Counted from the stretch's first letter, positions 9,573-18,956 are shown. The stretch is 64,000 nucleotides of DNA from Coprothermobacterota bacterium (GCA_036679065.1 JAZIGN010000004.1:96001-160000); one strand, 5' to 3'. Translations and numbers: made by a program. Notes: a model not told the origin generated them from the sequence alone.

Positions 9573-9678
9573 GTTGTAGTTCAAGTGAGAAGTGTTAGAA
9601 TGTCTAACTGAGTTCTTGAAGAAGTGATACAGTGATAAAGGAAGAAAATAGCTTTCTAAAAAGTGAGGGGGTGTAGGC

Positions 9679-10068
9679 TTGTTACCTGGTATAGAACAGG
9701 CGAAGTTACAGCGTTACGGTCTGAACGGAGAAGGCGAAAGAGAAATAGTCGATGTGGATGTGCTCAAGCTATTTGAGTTCATAACTGATTTCAAAGATGT
9801 ATTCCGTTTTATTTCCATAACTGCATATCCTGAAGGTGATAGCTTATTTATGCAGTATCATTTTTCTTATGGTAGTTGGATCGCTTCCTTAAGGCTATTA
9901 GTGCCTGAAGACAAAGTAGTCCCTTCCATAACGCCTTTGCTACCTGCAGCAGATTGGGCAGAAAGAGAGATTATGGACTTGTTTGATATTAAGTTTTCTA
10001 ATCATCCGCGTCCTAAGAGGCTTATTATTCCTGACGATGCTAAGCGTGGAATCTATTTAGATTTTTAG
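9679..10068 (+). CDS. Membrane-bound hydrogenase NuoC-like subunit (MbhK/EchD-like)
   Basis: YHF, PSIT...PAADWAEREIMDLFDIKF.NHP.P.RL. Confidence 0.9.
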   Translation: MLPGIEQAKLQRYGLNGEGEREIVDVDVLKLFEFITDFKDVFRFISITAYPEGDSLFMQYHFSYGSWIASLRLLVPEDKVVPSITPLLPAADWAEREIMDLFDIKFSNHPRPKRLIIPDDAKRGIYLDF

Positions 10069-10078
10069 GAGGTGCATA

Positions 10079-11161
10079 ATGGGTTACAAGTTTCCGCTTG
10101 GTCCTTACCATCCGGCTTTTGAAGAAGGGGAATACATTGAACTACAGCTGGAAGGTGAAATGGTTGTTGATGCCGAGATCAAGATAGGTTTCATTCACCG
10201 AGCAATTGAAAAAAGTGCTACTAAGAGAACTTTTATTCGAGATCTGGGTTTAGTGGAGAGGACTTGTGGCATTTGCTCATTCCATCACAGCTGGGCATAC
10301 TGCTTAGCAGTGGAAAAGGCCGCAGGTTTGGAAGTTCCCGAAAGAGCCGAGTACATTAGGGTACTCACTGCTGAACTAGAGAGAATACATAGTCACCTGA
10401 TGTATTTGGGTGCCATGGCTCACAAGATGGGTTTCGATACGTTGTTCATGTTCACATGGTCGGGAAGAGAAGCAGTCATGGATATGTTGGAGCTTTTGTC
10501 AGGCAATCGTGTCAATTATGCAGTAAATACGTTGGGAGGCGTACGGCGTGACGTTGATGAGAACATCTCTTCGCAAATAAAAGCTGCTCTTGAAACCCTC
10601 GAAGACCTTGCTCTTAAGCTCAGCGATACGTGGACTAAGGATGCTAGCCTACTGGCTAGGACTAAAAATGTTGGGTTCGTTAGCCGCGAACAAGCCCACT
10701 TACTGGGTGTTGTAGGCCCTACTGCACGAGGTTCGGGCATCAGAGAAGATCTTAGGAAGACTTCCCCTTATTCTGTTTATCCCCTTATGGATTTTGACCT
10801 AGTGGTCTTAGATGGCGGCGATGTTTGGTCTCGCACTTTCGTTAGAGTTCTGGAAGTGCTTGAATCGATCAAGATCGTACGTCAAGTTTTAGATAAGATA
10901 CCGTCAGGCTCTATTAAGAACCCAAAGCCCGTTTTGAAGATCGAGCCCAATGATGTTATTGGCCGTGTGGAGGCTCCACGAGGTGAATTGGCTTACCATT
11001 TGATAACCGATGGAACAGACAAACCTGCTAGGCTTAAGATTCGAACACCCACTCTGATTAATTTACCTGCTTCCGAACACATGATGCGTGGATCGAACTT
11101 GGCAGATGCTCCTGTTATCGTTGGTCACATTGATCCATGTATGAGCTGTATGGATCGATAA
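10079..11161 (+). CDS. Group 4 [NiFe]-hydrogenase large subunit (MbhL/EchE-like)
   Basis: GPYHP, L1 ERTCGICSFHH, ELERIHSH, EAPRGE, L2 DPCMSCMDR at the C-terminus. Confidence 0.96.
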   Translation: MGYKFPLGPYHPAFEEGEYIELQLEGEMVVDAEIKIGFIHRAIEKSATKRTFIRDLGLVERTCGICSFHHSWAYCLAVEKAAGLEVPERAEYIRVLTAELERIHSHLMYLGAMAHKMGFDTLFMFTWSGREAVMDMLELLSGNRVNYAVNTLGGVRRDVDENISSQIKAALETLEDLALKLSDTWTKDASLLARTKNVGFVSREQAHLLGVVGPTARGSGIREDLRKTSPYSVYPLMDFDLVVLDGGDVWSRTFVRVLEVLESIKIVRQVLDKIPSGSIKNPKPVLKIEPNDVIGRVEAPRGELAYHLITDGTDKPARLKIRTPTLINLPASEHMMRGSNLADAPVIVGHIDPCMSCMDR

Positions 11162-11178
11162 AGGGTAGGTGATGATAT

Positions 11179-11688
11179 GTGAATAATAAAGCCAGAACGT
11201 TTGTGGGTGTATGGTTTTTCAGTATGGTATTTTGGCTGTTATTTACCTGGTCACTGGATTTGCAAGAAGTTGTGTTCGGTCTCATATTGACTTTTCTGGT
11301 TACGCTTTTCACCTATGACCTTTGGATTGATACCAAGCTGCTTAATGTGTTGAACCCGCTAAATTGGCCAACTATCATAGTTTATTTTCTTGTGCTCCTC
11401 AAAGAAATGGTGAAAGCTAATATTGACTTGGCTTTACGGACGTTGAATCCAAAGTTACCTATTTCTCCTGGCATAGTCGAAATAGAAGCGGATTTCCCTT
11501 CCGATGAGGCGTACACTCTGGTAGCAAATTCCATAACGTTGACTCCGGGTACGATAACGGTTGATATCGATAAAGAAAACAAGAAAATGTATATTCACTG
11601 GATCCACGTGGACACTGAGGATCCAAAGAAGGGAGCGGAAATCATTCATGGTTTCGCTGCCCCATTCGCGAGGAGGCTATTCTCATGA
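11179..11688 (+). CDS. MrpE/MbhA-like Na+/H+ antiporter subunit
   Basis: PGIV, LVANSITLTPGTITVD, YIHWI. Confidence 0.93.
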   Translation: MNNKARTFVGVWFFSMVFWLLFTWSLDLQEVVFGLILTFLVTLFTYDLWIDTKLLNVLNPLNWPTIIVYFLVLLKEMVKANIDLALRTLNPKLPISPGIVEIEADFPSDEAYTLVANSITLTPGTITVDIDKENKKMYIHWIHVDTEDPKKGAEIIHGFAAPFARRLFS

Positions 11689-11939
11689 GTGCTGAATTAC
11701 TGCTCATGTTATTCCTTATCATTTTGTCAGTGATTCTTCTTTACAGAGTTGTGGTAGGACCTCAGGACATGGATCGCATCGTGGCCATGTCGACGATCTC
11801 ACCGATTATCGCTGTGGTCTTGGCTCTTTGGAGTCTCGAGATGCGACGTGGTATTTACCTGGACATAGCTTTGGTACTCGCATTGCTGGACTTTATCATG
11901 GTAGTGGCTTATGCACGTTACATAAGGGGGGAGCTCTGA
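11685..11939 (+). CDS. MrpF/MbhB-like subunit
   Basis: R.V.GP..DRIVA, YLDIALV.ALL.F, ARY. Confidence 0.92.
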   Translation: MSAELLLMLFLIILSVILLYRVVVGPQDMDRIVAMSTISPIIAVVLALWSLEMRRGIYLDIALVLALLDFIMVVAYARYIRGEL

Positions 11940-11940
11940 C

Positions 11941-12291
11941 ATGGACTATGTTGCTTATGTTCTTTATGGCATAGGTGCTTTTTTTAATTTTGCTGGTGTA
12001 GTGGGCATATTGCGTATGCCTGATCCATATTGCAAGCTGCAAACCTCGACTAAGAACGTAACATTGGGGTGCATAAGTATAATGCTTGGCGTGTTTCTAA
12101 GGGAAATTCATTTGGGGTTACTGTCCAGCTTTGGCGTGAAGGCTTTATTGCTCTCACTTTTCATGCTCATTACAAACCCTACTGCTTCCCACGTGCTAGC
12201 TAGAGCCTGCTACTACGCGGGTGTGCCACTGTGGGAAAAATCTGTGACTGATCATTTGAAGAGCAGGAAGGAGGCTGAATCAAATGAGTAA
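11941..12291 (+). CDS. MrpG/MbhC-like subunit
   Basis: G.LRMPD.Y..LQ..TK..TLG, TNPTASH.LARA.Y. Confidence 0.93.
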   Translation: MDYVAYVLYGIGAFFNFAGVVGILRMPDPYCKLQTSTKNVTLGCISIMLGVFLREIHLGLLSSFGVKALLLSLFMLITNPTASHVLARACYYAGVPLWEKSVTDHLKSRKEAESNE

Positions 12292-12535
12292 TGGCGTCCT
12301 TTTGCTCCACGTGATAAACCTTGTAGGGGCGCTCATTAGCGCCTGGTTTACAGTTTTGCAAAAAAATCTTGTCAGAGCTGTTATCGGACAAGCTGTTATG
12401 GGTTCCTTTGTGGCACTGGAGTTTCTTCTTTTAAACGCACCTGACGTTGCTATTGCTGAAGCCGCTGTAGGTGTTGTCGTGGTACCAATAATCTTCTTCG
12501 TGGTCCTGCAAAGAACCAAGGAGGTGGAAGAATGA
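12284..12535 (+). CDS. MbhD/DUF4040-like subunit
   Basis: L.APDVAIAEAAVG motif in small hydrophobic protein. Confidence 0.9.
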   Translation: MSNGVLLLHVINLVGALISAWFTVLQKNLVRAVIGQAVMGSFVALEFLLLNAPDVAIAEAAVGVVVVPIIFFVVLQRTKEVEE

Positions 12536-12912
12536 AATTCAGAGATTTCTTGGCTTTCCTCATAGTAGCTTTTTTGTTTTTTGGTATATTTTTCTCTTTG
12601 CACGGCAACGACAAGCTTTTCAATACACCACTTTCTGAATATTCTGAGGTACAGGATACTCCTGATCCGCTGTTACCCATTCCAAACATTGGAAAAACCA
12701 TAACCGAATACGAAATAGCACAGCAAACGGGGAAGAATGTGGATTGTCAGTACGCTGGTGGTGAATGTGGTGTAAATGCAGCCAACGTAGTAACGTCAAT
12801 TGTGTTCGGTTACAGAGGATATGATACGTTGGGTGAAGCCACAATTTTGTTCGTCGCCATCACTGGTCTGGTTTATATGGTTACGGCTTTGAAAGGTGGC
12901 GAGGGAAAATGA
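12532..12912 (+). CDS. MbhE-like (MrpB N-part) subunit
   Basis: NVVTSIVFGYRGYDTLGEATILF. Confidence 0.9.
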   Translation: MKFRDFLAFLIVAFLFFGIFFSLHGNDKLFNTPLSEYSEVQDTPDPLLPIPNIGKTITEYEIAQQTGKNVDCQYAGGECGVNAANVVTSIVFGYRGYDTLGEATILFVAITGLVYMVTALKGGEGK

Positions 12913-13331
12913 CCATGGTACCAAAAATCATCGTGAAGTTTATTTCTCCGCTGGTAATGACACTTGGAGCTTATGTGGTGTTACATGGTCACCTAAGCCC
13001 GGGTGGAGGTTTCCAGGGTGGAGTTATCTTAGGTGGTGTGGCTGCCCTGGTGTTCCTTGTTTTTGGAGCTGACGCTGTGTTACATAGATTCAACCTGGAG
13101 AAGTACACTCTGATGGAAGCTTTAGGCGGTATTGGCTTTGCGGGTGCAGCTATTGTTGGGTTATGGAAAACTGGCTTTTTCATGGGTGACTTCTTGGGTG
13201 TTGGTATAACTGGCAAGATTCTCAGCGCTGGAGTTGTAGCCTTGATGAACTTCTTTGTGGGCGTTAAAGTTTTTGGAGGTATTGTTGAAGTTATCGGCGC
13301 CATGGCTGAGACTAAGGAGGGGGAGTTTTAA
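12909..13331 (+). CDS. MrpB/MbhF-like subunit
   Basis: HGHLSPGGGFQGG, E..GG, N..VGVKV. Confidence 0.93.
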   Translation: MTMVPKIIVKFISPLVMTLGAYVVLHGHLSPGGGFQGGVILGGVAALVFLVFGADAVLHRFNLEKYTLMEALGGIGFAGAAIVGLWKTGFFMGDFLGVGITGKILSAGVVALMNFFVGVKVFGGIVEVIGAMAETKEGEF

Positions 13332-13332
13332 A

Positions 13333-13674
13333 ATGGTTGCGTTCTTACTCATGGCCGGTGTTTTTCTGGCTGGGCTTTATGGACTTTTGGCCCGTAAAAA
13401 TCTGATAAAAATCATCATTAGTTTGTCTGTGGTGACTTCAGGCTTGAACTTGATGATAGTGTCCTTGGGGTATTGGGGAATAGACGCTACAGCTCCCATT
13501 TTCATGGATATTAGTCCCACTCTTTCAGTTGCAGACCCCGTTCCTCACGCTTTGACACTTACCTCCATTGTCATTGATGTTGCGGTAACTGCCATGGCGT
13601 TAAGCATTGCCCTCTGGGTTCATAAGCATTTTGGTACCTTTGATATGAATAAGGTGAGGAGGCTAAAAGGATGA
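13333..13674 (+). CDS. MrpC/MbhG-like subunit
   Basis: NLIKIII.L, DPVPHAL.LTSIVI; ATG at 13333 after GGAGGGGGAG. Confidence 0.92.
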   Translation: MVAFLLMAGVFLAGLYGLLARKNLIKIIISLSVVTSGLNLMIVSLGYWGIDATAPIFMDISPTLSVADPVPHALTLTSIVIDVAVTAMALSIALWVHKHFGTFDMNKVRRLKG

Positions 13675-16600
13675 CTTGGCAAGCATATCAGCCTGCGGCG
13701 TTGTTAATTGGTATACCTTTAGCAGTTGCTTTCCTGCTTCCTTTCATAAACGCTCTTTTTGGAAAAAGAAAATTTGTCCCAACATTTGTGGGCATAGCTC
13801 TTTCGCTGTTTCAACTGCTATTTGGTCTAGTGGTGGTGTTGCCCAAGGTTATGGAAAAACCCATCTTCGTGTTCATGTCTGGGTTTAAGCCCCCGCTGGG
13901 AATCGCTCTTTGGATAGATGTTTTTGGCGCTGGTTTGAGTATGTTGCTTTGGTTTGTTGCCTTGGCTGCGCTTTTTTATAACGTTTCTTACTTGCATGTT
14001 CACGATGAAATGAGGTTTGTCATACTTACCATACTTATGGTGACTGGGGCCACGGGTGTTTCTCTTACAAATGACTTGTTTAACATGTATGTCTTCTTAG
14101 AAATCGCAAGCATAAGTGCTTATGCTCTGGTCAACGCTTACAGAACTCCAGAGACAGCGGAAGCTAGTATGAAGTATTTGATTCTTGGTTCTGTGGCTAC
14201 TTCCTTTGTTTTGTTCGCTCTGATACTGATCTACCAAGGTACTCGTTCACTGAATATGTGGGACATCTCTTTCAAGATTGGATCCATGCCCACAGGTACC
14301 CTTTGGCTTGCTATTGCTTCTCTCTTCGTGGGTTTTGGTGTGGAAGGAGCTATCTGGCCTCTTAACAGTTGGCTTCCCGATGCTCACCCTGCTGCACCTG
14401 CTTCTGTTTCTGCATTGCTTTCAGGTGCAGTGATTAAGATAGGTATTTTGGCCATGGTGCGTTTCATGTATATTGTGTTTACACCTGTAATTGCTACGAC
14501 CAAACAGTTTTCGGTATTTCTTATGGTAATTGCTGCTTTAACAGTTCTTGTGGGAGAATTTTCTGCATATAGGCAGCGTGATGCAAAAAGGCTTTTGGCG
14601 TTTTCATCCACCGCCCAAGTCGGTTACATGGTACTAGGCATTTTTTCAGGCAGCCCCATCGGATTTGTGGGTGGCATACTGCATGTTTTTGGCCATGGCT
14701 TAAGTAAAGCACTTGCCTTCTTGCTTAGTGGAGAGATTACCGATAAAGTACCAGACAGGGATCTGAATAAGGCTGGGGGTTCTTTGAGTGGGATTAGTAC
14801 TGCCTATTCGAATTTAGTTGCTGTACTTGGTCTTTCAAGCATGCCCCCGTTTTTGACATTTTTCTCAAAACTGTTCATTATCATAGGATTGGTTCAAAGG
14901 CAATTCTACTGGGCAGCAGCCGTATTGGCTATTGGTAGCGTAGTGGAAGCGTGTTACTACGGTTCTTACTTGGCCACGACTAGTGGATCTCCTCTTAGGT
15001 GGGACAGAGTTAGCTGGCGCAGTTTAAGTTATGCATTGCTTGTTTTTGGTCTCATCGCTATTTCTTTCTTATCTCCTTTTGTAAGCAAGTTCTCTGAAGG
15101 TCTGCTCAGTTTCACTGCTGGTACTCAGTTGGCTTTTAACATTCGTTTGAATATTTCTGAGTGGCTCGTCAACAATGGATGGATGTGGTTGTGCATTGTA
15201 GCATTGTTCCTTTTGGCTAATTTAAGTTTGCAGGCTGTGGGCTATGCGGGTCTTCTTATTTCGGCTTTGGTACTCATTTTCCCACAAAAGGCTTCAGAGC
15301 TTCTGGGTTTAGGTGCCGCTAGTCCAGCGTCAACGATCTTCTTGGGGTTGTTGGCTGTGGGATCGGCTGTTCTGAGCATGATATGCCTGTCGGGAACAGG
15401 TTGGGGTAGAAACAAGAGCTTTCAGATAAACGCCACTTTGCTTGCTTTTGTCAGTCTTCTTTGGCTGATTTCTTCAAATACGTTGCTCACCACGTTAGTG
15501 GCATGGGAAGTGTTAAGTTGGAGCGGTCTTATGATGGTGGTAGGAGAGGGCAATAAAGAGTTAGCTTCTTCCTATTATGGTTGGGCAATGGCTTCTGGGC
15601 TTGCTTTCATGTTTGCAGTGGCCGGTCAAGCTTTAGGACAGAATTGGTGGCTCTTTGCATTGACCGTGGGTGTACTGATAAAACTGGGTATGTTTGGTTT
15701 TCACGGATGGATGATAAGAGTCTATGGAGAAAGTTCTCCAGTAGTGGGAGCAGTATTCAGCGGAATCATGTCTTTGGGAGCAGTGGTAGTCACGTTCAAG
15801 TATGGTGTTGAGAATTATCTTATGTTCCCCGTGCTCATTCTCGCAGGATTTCAAGTGCTCTATGGTGGCTTAATTGCTTTGGGTAAAGAGAATTTGCGTG
15901 AGATATTGGCTTACTCATCTTTGTCGAATATGGGCTTTTTGATCATAGCTATTTTCCTTAGCTCAAAGGCACTTCAAGGGACAAGTCCAATTTCCATAAT
16001 GATCTATGCTCCATTCATATTTGCCGTTGCTTATGCCCTTTTTGAATCTGTCATGTTCTTGAGTACCAGCTATCAAAGGAGCAACAAAGGGATTTTACTA
16101 AGTTTTTCCGTGATCGTGGCTTCCCTTGCATCAGCTGCCATGCCTTTAACATCAGGATTTTTGGCGAAGTGGAGTGTTTACATGAGCAGTGTTTACGCGT
16201 TTTCACCACTACTTACCGCTGTGCTCATGCTGGGAACCATTTTAAGCATTGCTTACAGTGCAAAGTGGTTCATCTTGTGGCTTGGTAGTACGTCGGTGAC
16301 CAAACGAGGTGTAGAAAGTAGCTCGCTTTTGGTGGGTGCATTGGCTCTAATTGGTACTAGCTTCATACAGGTTGGGGTTTCTTGGACAGGTGCATTTTTC
16401 TGGATTGTACTGTTAACAGTGTTGACTACGTTGCTCGTGCTTGTACCATTCTTCCGCAAGGCAAAGCAAGAAGGTGAAGTCTATACTGGTAGTGCACTGT
16501 TTGAACCAGAGCGTGCCACCATGGGATTTGAAGACCTTTTTTACCCCTATGGCCTTTGGTTGTCAAAAGCAGCCACACACGCCTTGGAGTATGGCTATAG

Positions 16601-16736
16601 CTACCTGACATCGTTTTTCGACTTTATGGCAGATGTGGTTAGATCTACCTACACTGGGGTGATCAACGACTATGCTACTTACATAGTGATCTTCTTTATT
16701 GCCGCATTCGTTATTGGCAGGGGGTGGTTGATGTGA
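13671..16736 (+). CDS. Fused double MrpD/MbhH-like proton-conducting membrane subunit with NuoL/MbhI-like C-terminus (1021 aa)
   Basis: Two copies of antiporter motifs (DLFNMYVFLEI / TTLVAWEV; WLPDAHPAAP / WMIRVYGES; KRLLAFSS / REILAYSS; PF..FFSK / PLTSGFLAK); ends YTGVINDY plus TM helix. Confidence 0.9.
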   Translation: MTWQAYQPAALLIGIPLAVAFLLPFINALFGKRKFVPTFVGIALSLFQLLFGLVVVLPKVMEKPIFVFMSGFKPPLGIALWIDVFGAGLSMLLWFVALAALFYNVSYLHVHDEMRFVILTILMVTGATGVSLTNDLFNMYVFLEIASISAYALVNAYRTPETAEASMKYLILGSVATSFVLFALILIYQGTRSLNMWDISFKIGSMPTGTLWLAIASLFVGFGVEGAIWPLNSWLPDAHPAAPASVSALLSGAVIKIGILAMVRFMYIVFTPVIATTKQFSVFLMVIAALTVLVGEFSAYRQRDAKRLLAFSSTAQVGYMVLGIFSGSPIGFVGGILHVFGHGLSKALAFLLSGEITDKVPDRDLNKAGGSLSGISTAYSNLVAVLGLSSMPPFLTFFSKLFIIIGLVQRQFYWAAAVLAIGSVVEACYYGSYLATTSGSPLRWDRVSWRSLSYALLVFGLIAISFLSPFVSKFSEGLLSFTAGTQLAFNIRLNISEWLVNNGWMWLCIVALFLLANLSLQAVGYAGLLISALVLIFPQKASELLGLGAASPASTIFLGLLAVGSAVLSMICLSGTGWGRNKSFQINATLLAFVSLLWLISSNTLLTTLVAWEVLSWSGLMMVVGEGNKELASSYYGWAMASGLAFMFAVAGQALGQNWWLFALTVGVLIKLGMFGFHGWMIRVYGESSPVVGAVFSGIMSLGAVVVTFKYGVENYLMFPVLILAGFQVLYGGLIALGKENLREILAYSSLSNMGFLIIAIFLSSKALQGTSPISIMIYAPFIFAVAYALFESVMFLSTSYQRSNKGILLSFSVIVASLASAAMPLTSGFLAKWSVYMSSVYAFSPLLTAVLMLGTILSIAYSAKWFILWLGSTSVTKRGVESSSLLVGALALIGTSFIQVGVSWTGAFFWIVLLTVLTTLLVLVPFFRKAKQEGEVYTGSALFEPERATMGFEDLFYPYGLWLSKAATHALEYGYSYLTSFFDFMADVVRSTYTGVINDYATYIVIFFIAAFVIGRGWLM

Positions 16737-17683
16737 GCATATTGTACTGGTTATTATGGATTTTGCTGCTTTTTGTGTGGGCTCTACTTGTTGGTGGTAT
16801 TGATAGGAAAATCGTGGCACATCTGCAGGGAAGATATGGTCCCCCTTTTTGGCAGAACATTACTGACTTTGTGAAACTTTTTTACAAAAAGGGGAAAGTA
16901 GCCAGTAGAACGGCAATTGTAGTCATTGATGCTGCTTTGGTCATAGGTGTGTTAGCTGCCGTGTTAGCGTTAAGTGTTCTGCCTTTCCCCATGGTTGGGG
17001 GAGGCTTCCAGCTACTATCCGCCAGCGGTGATTTGATTATTTTCGCGTACGCTTTTGCTCTCATGGCCATGGTTTACGTGCTCATTGGATTTGGTGGGAA
17101 ATCCCCCTATACACTTGTAGGAGCTTCTAGGGAAATCTCAATGCTTTTGAGTTACGAGATACCTTTCATATTACTCATTGTTGCAATGGGCTATAGAGCC
17201 GTGTTCGTTACTGGCCTTCCTGTGGAGTCCATATTCTCCATGAGTGCTTTGCTAGCTGCCAAGAGTCAGCTGGGGACATTGCTCATGGATCCAATATTTC
17301 TTGGCATTTTTCTTGTCTTGTTAGTCTTAGGACCAGCTGTTGTGGGCTCAGTACCTTTTGACATTCCAGAGGCTGAAACAGAAATCGTTGACGGTTATGG
17401 TGCGGAGCTTCATGGGCCACGATTGGGGGTACTGTTTGGCCTTAAGCATATAAAGCTGATTACATATAGTTATTTTCTGTGGATGGTTTTTGTGAGCCCA
17501 CTTACAGGCAGTGTACTTCTTAACGTGCTTAGTGCTTTGGTGGGTACACTACTCGTAGCAATAGTGATTAACACCATACCAAGAGCGGTTAGTGGTCGTT
17601 TTAGGATCGACCAAGGTGCAAAGTTCTACCTATTAGGTCCTGGGTTGGCTTCTCTTCTGCTATTGCTACTAACATTGGTCTAG
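16724..17683 (+). CDS. NuoH/MbhM-like membrane subunit (start 16724 or 16733)
   Basis: DRKIVA.LQGR.GPP.WQ...D..KL..K, GASRE...SYE, PFDIPEAETEIVDG...E. Confidence 0.93.
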   Translation: MVDVSILYWLLWILLLFVWALLVGGIDRKIVAHLQGRYGPPFWQNITDFVKLFYKKGKVASRTAIVVIDAALVIGVLAAVLALSVLPFPMVGGGFQLLSASGDLIIFAYAFALMAMVYVLIGFGGKSPYTLVGASREISMLLSYEIPFILLIVAMGYRAVFVTGLPVESIFSMSALLAAKSQLGTLLMDPIFLGIFLVLLVLGPAVVGSVPFDIPEAETEIVDGYGAELHGPRLGVLFGLKHIKLITYSYFLWMVFVSPLTGSVLLNVLSALVGTLLVAIVINTIPRAVSGRFRIDQGAKFYLLGPGLASLLLLLLTLV

Positions 17684-17698
17684 GAGGGTGGTTGTCAT

Positions 17699-18172
17699 AT
17701 GAGCATATTCAAACCAGAAAAGTCTTTATGGATATATCACCTTAATACTGGAAGTTGTAATGGGTGCGATATTGAAATACTTGCTGCTCTTACTCCTAAA
17801 TATGACGCTGAACGTTTTGGTGTAAAGCTGGTTGGTAGTCCCAGGCATGCTGACATAATCGTTGCTACCGGTCCTGTTACTGCGGTTGCGAGGGAAAGTG
17901 TTCTGCGCGTCATCGATCAAGTTCCTGAACCAAGAGCCATCGTGGTAACAGGTGTGTGTGGCATTACCGGTGGAGTTTTTAGGGGCGGTTACAGCATAGC
18001 AGGGCCTCTTGACACATTGGTGCCTGTGGATGTCTACGTTTTTGGTTGTCCGCCTAAGCCTGAGGGAATCATGGTGGGCATTCTTAAAGCCGCTGAAGTT
18101 CTGGAATTGAAACGTAAGGGAGTGTACCAGAAAGACGTGGTAAGGATATCAGAGACAGGAGGCGTACTGTAA
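17699..18172 (+). CDS. Hydrogenase small subunit (NuoB/MbhJ-like)
   Basis: GSCNGCDIE, SPRHAD, G.C...GG.F, GCPPKPE. Confidence 0.95.
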   Translation: MSIFKPEKSLWIYHLNTGSCNGCDIEILAALTPKYDAERFGVKLVGSPRHADIIVATGPVTAVARESVLRVIDQVPEPRAIVVTGVCGITGGVFRGGYSIAGPLDTLVPVDVYVFGCPPKPEGIMVGILKAAEVLELKRKGVYQKDVVRISETGGVL

Positions 18173-18724
18173 ATGCCGTTTGGTGAAATATTTGGAAAAC
18201 TTGTAGATACCCTTGTTGGGGGACCTGTGGTTAAACCCTTTCCCAAAGAACCCGTGAAAGTTCCTCCAAAGTGGCGTGGGAAACCATTGTATGATGCTGA
18301 GGATTGCACTGGGTGTCGTCAATGCGAGAGGGTCTGCCCTCCAGCCGCGATAAGCATTGAGGACAATAAGGGAGAATTCTTTCATTACGAAATTGATTAT
18401 GGCGTTTGCATCTACTGCTGGTACTGCGTTGATGCTTGTCCCACTACGGCACTAACCGGCGACGACAGAACAGGCTTTTACGTGGGCACTGATCGTACTA
18501 AAGAAAAGATTGAAAGTGGTGTGCCTTATGTGGAGTGTCCCGTATGCGGTTCGAAAATATTGAGGCCCGCTAGGACATTGGTCATTAGACAGTTCAAGAA
18601 GTACACTCCTGAAACCTTGGTCAGAGCATCGGTGTGTCCAAAATGCAGGAGAGAAAAGACGCCTGAGGAAATAGAATCAGCAGTTCAGAAGTTCTTGGAG
18701 GATCATGGAATACCCAGAGATTAG
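18173..18724 (+). CDS. 2x[4Fe-4S] ferredoxin subunit (NuoI/MbhN/HycF-like)
   Basis: CTGCRQCERVCP and CIYCWYCVDACP; extra CPVC...CPKC. Confidence 0.93.
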   Translation: MPFGEIFGKLVDTLVGGPVVKPFPKEPVKVPPKWRGKPLYDAEDCTGCRQCERVCPPAAISIEDNKGEFFHYEIDYGVCIYCWYCVDACPTTALTGDDRTGFYVGTDRTKEKIESGVPYVECPVCGSKILRPARTLVIRQFKKYTPETLVRASVCPKCRREKTPEEIESAVQKFLEDHGIPRD

Positions 18725-18956
18725 GTTAAAGTACTTTGAAAAACCAGTGTCTGAAGGCCTAATTACGTCTGACTTGGATGCAGAGGTTATTGTTTTGCAC
18801 CAAAAGGTGTCCATATCTGTGGTTAATGCGTTTTTTAGACATGGCGGACAGTGTCTTGCGTGTTTGGATTCGAAAGGTGCTCTATTCTTCTTTAGGCATA
18901 AATGGTTTTATGTGCCTTTTTTAGCACTTGACAATGTTAGTGGCTCGCTGATATAA
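18705..18956 (+). CDS. Hypothetical protein at end of hydrogenase operon
   Basis: ATG after GGAGG, overlaps previous gene by 20 nt; no recognisable family. Confidence 0.5.
   Translation: MEYPEIRLKYFEKPVSEGLITSDLDAEVIVLHQKVSISVVNAFFRHGGQCLACLDSKGALFFFRHKWFYVPFLALDNVSGSLI

Noticed and set aside
10079..11161. Selenocysteine ([NiFeSe]) or Mbx-type non-hydrogenase
   Set aside because: All four ligands are ordinary Cys codons and the gene ends in TAA
18921..18947. CIRCE-like TTAGCACTT
   Set aside because: Second half-site does not match; the sequence is explained by the tRNA promoter -35 box
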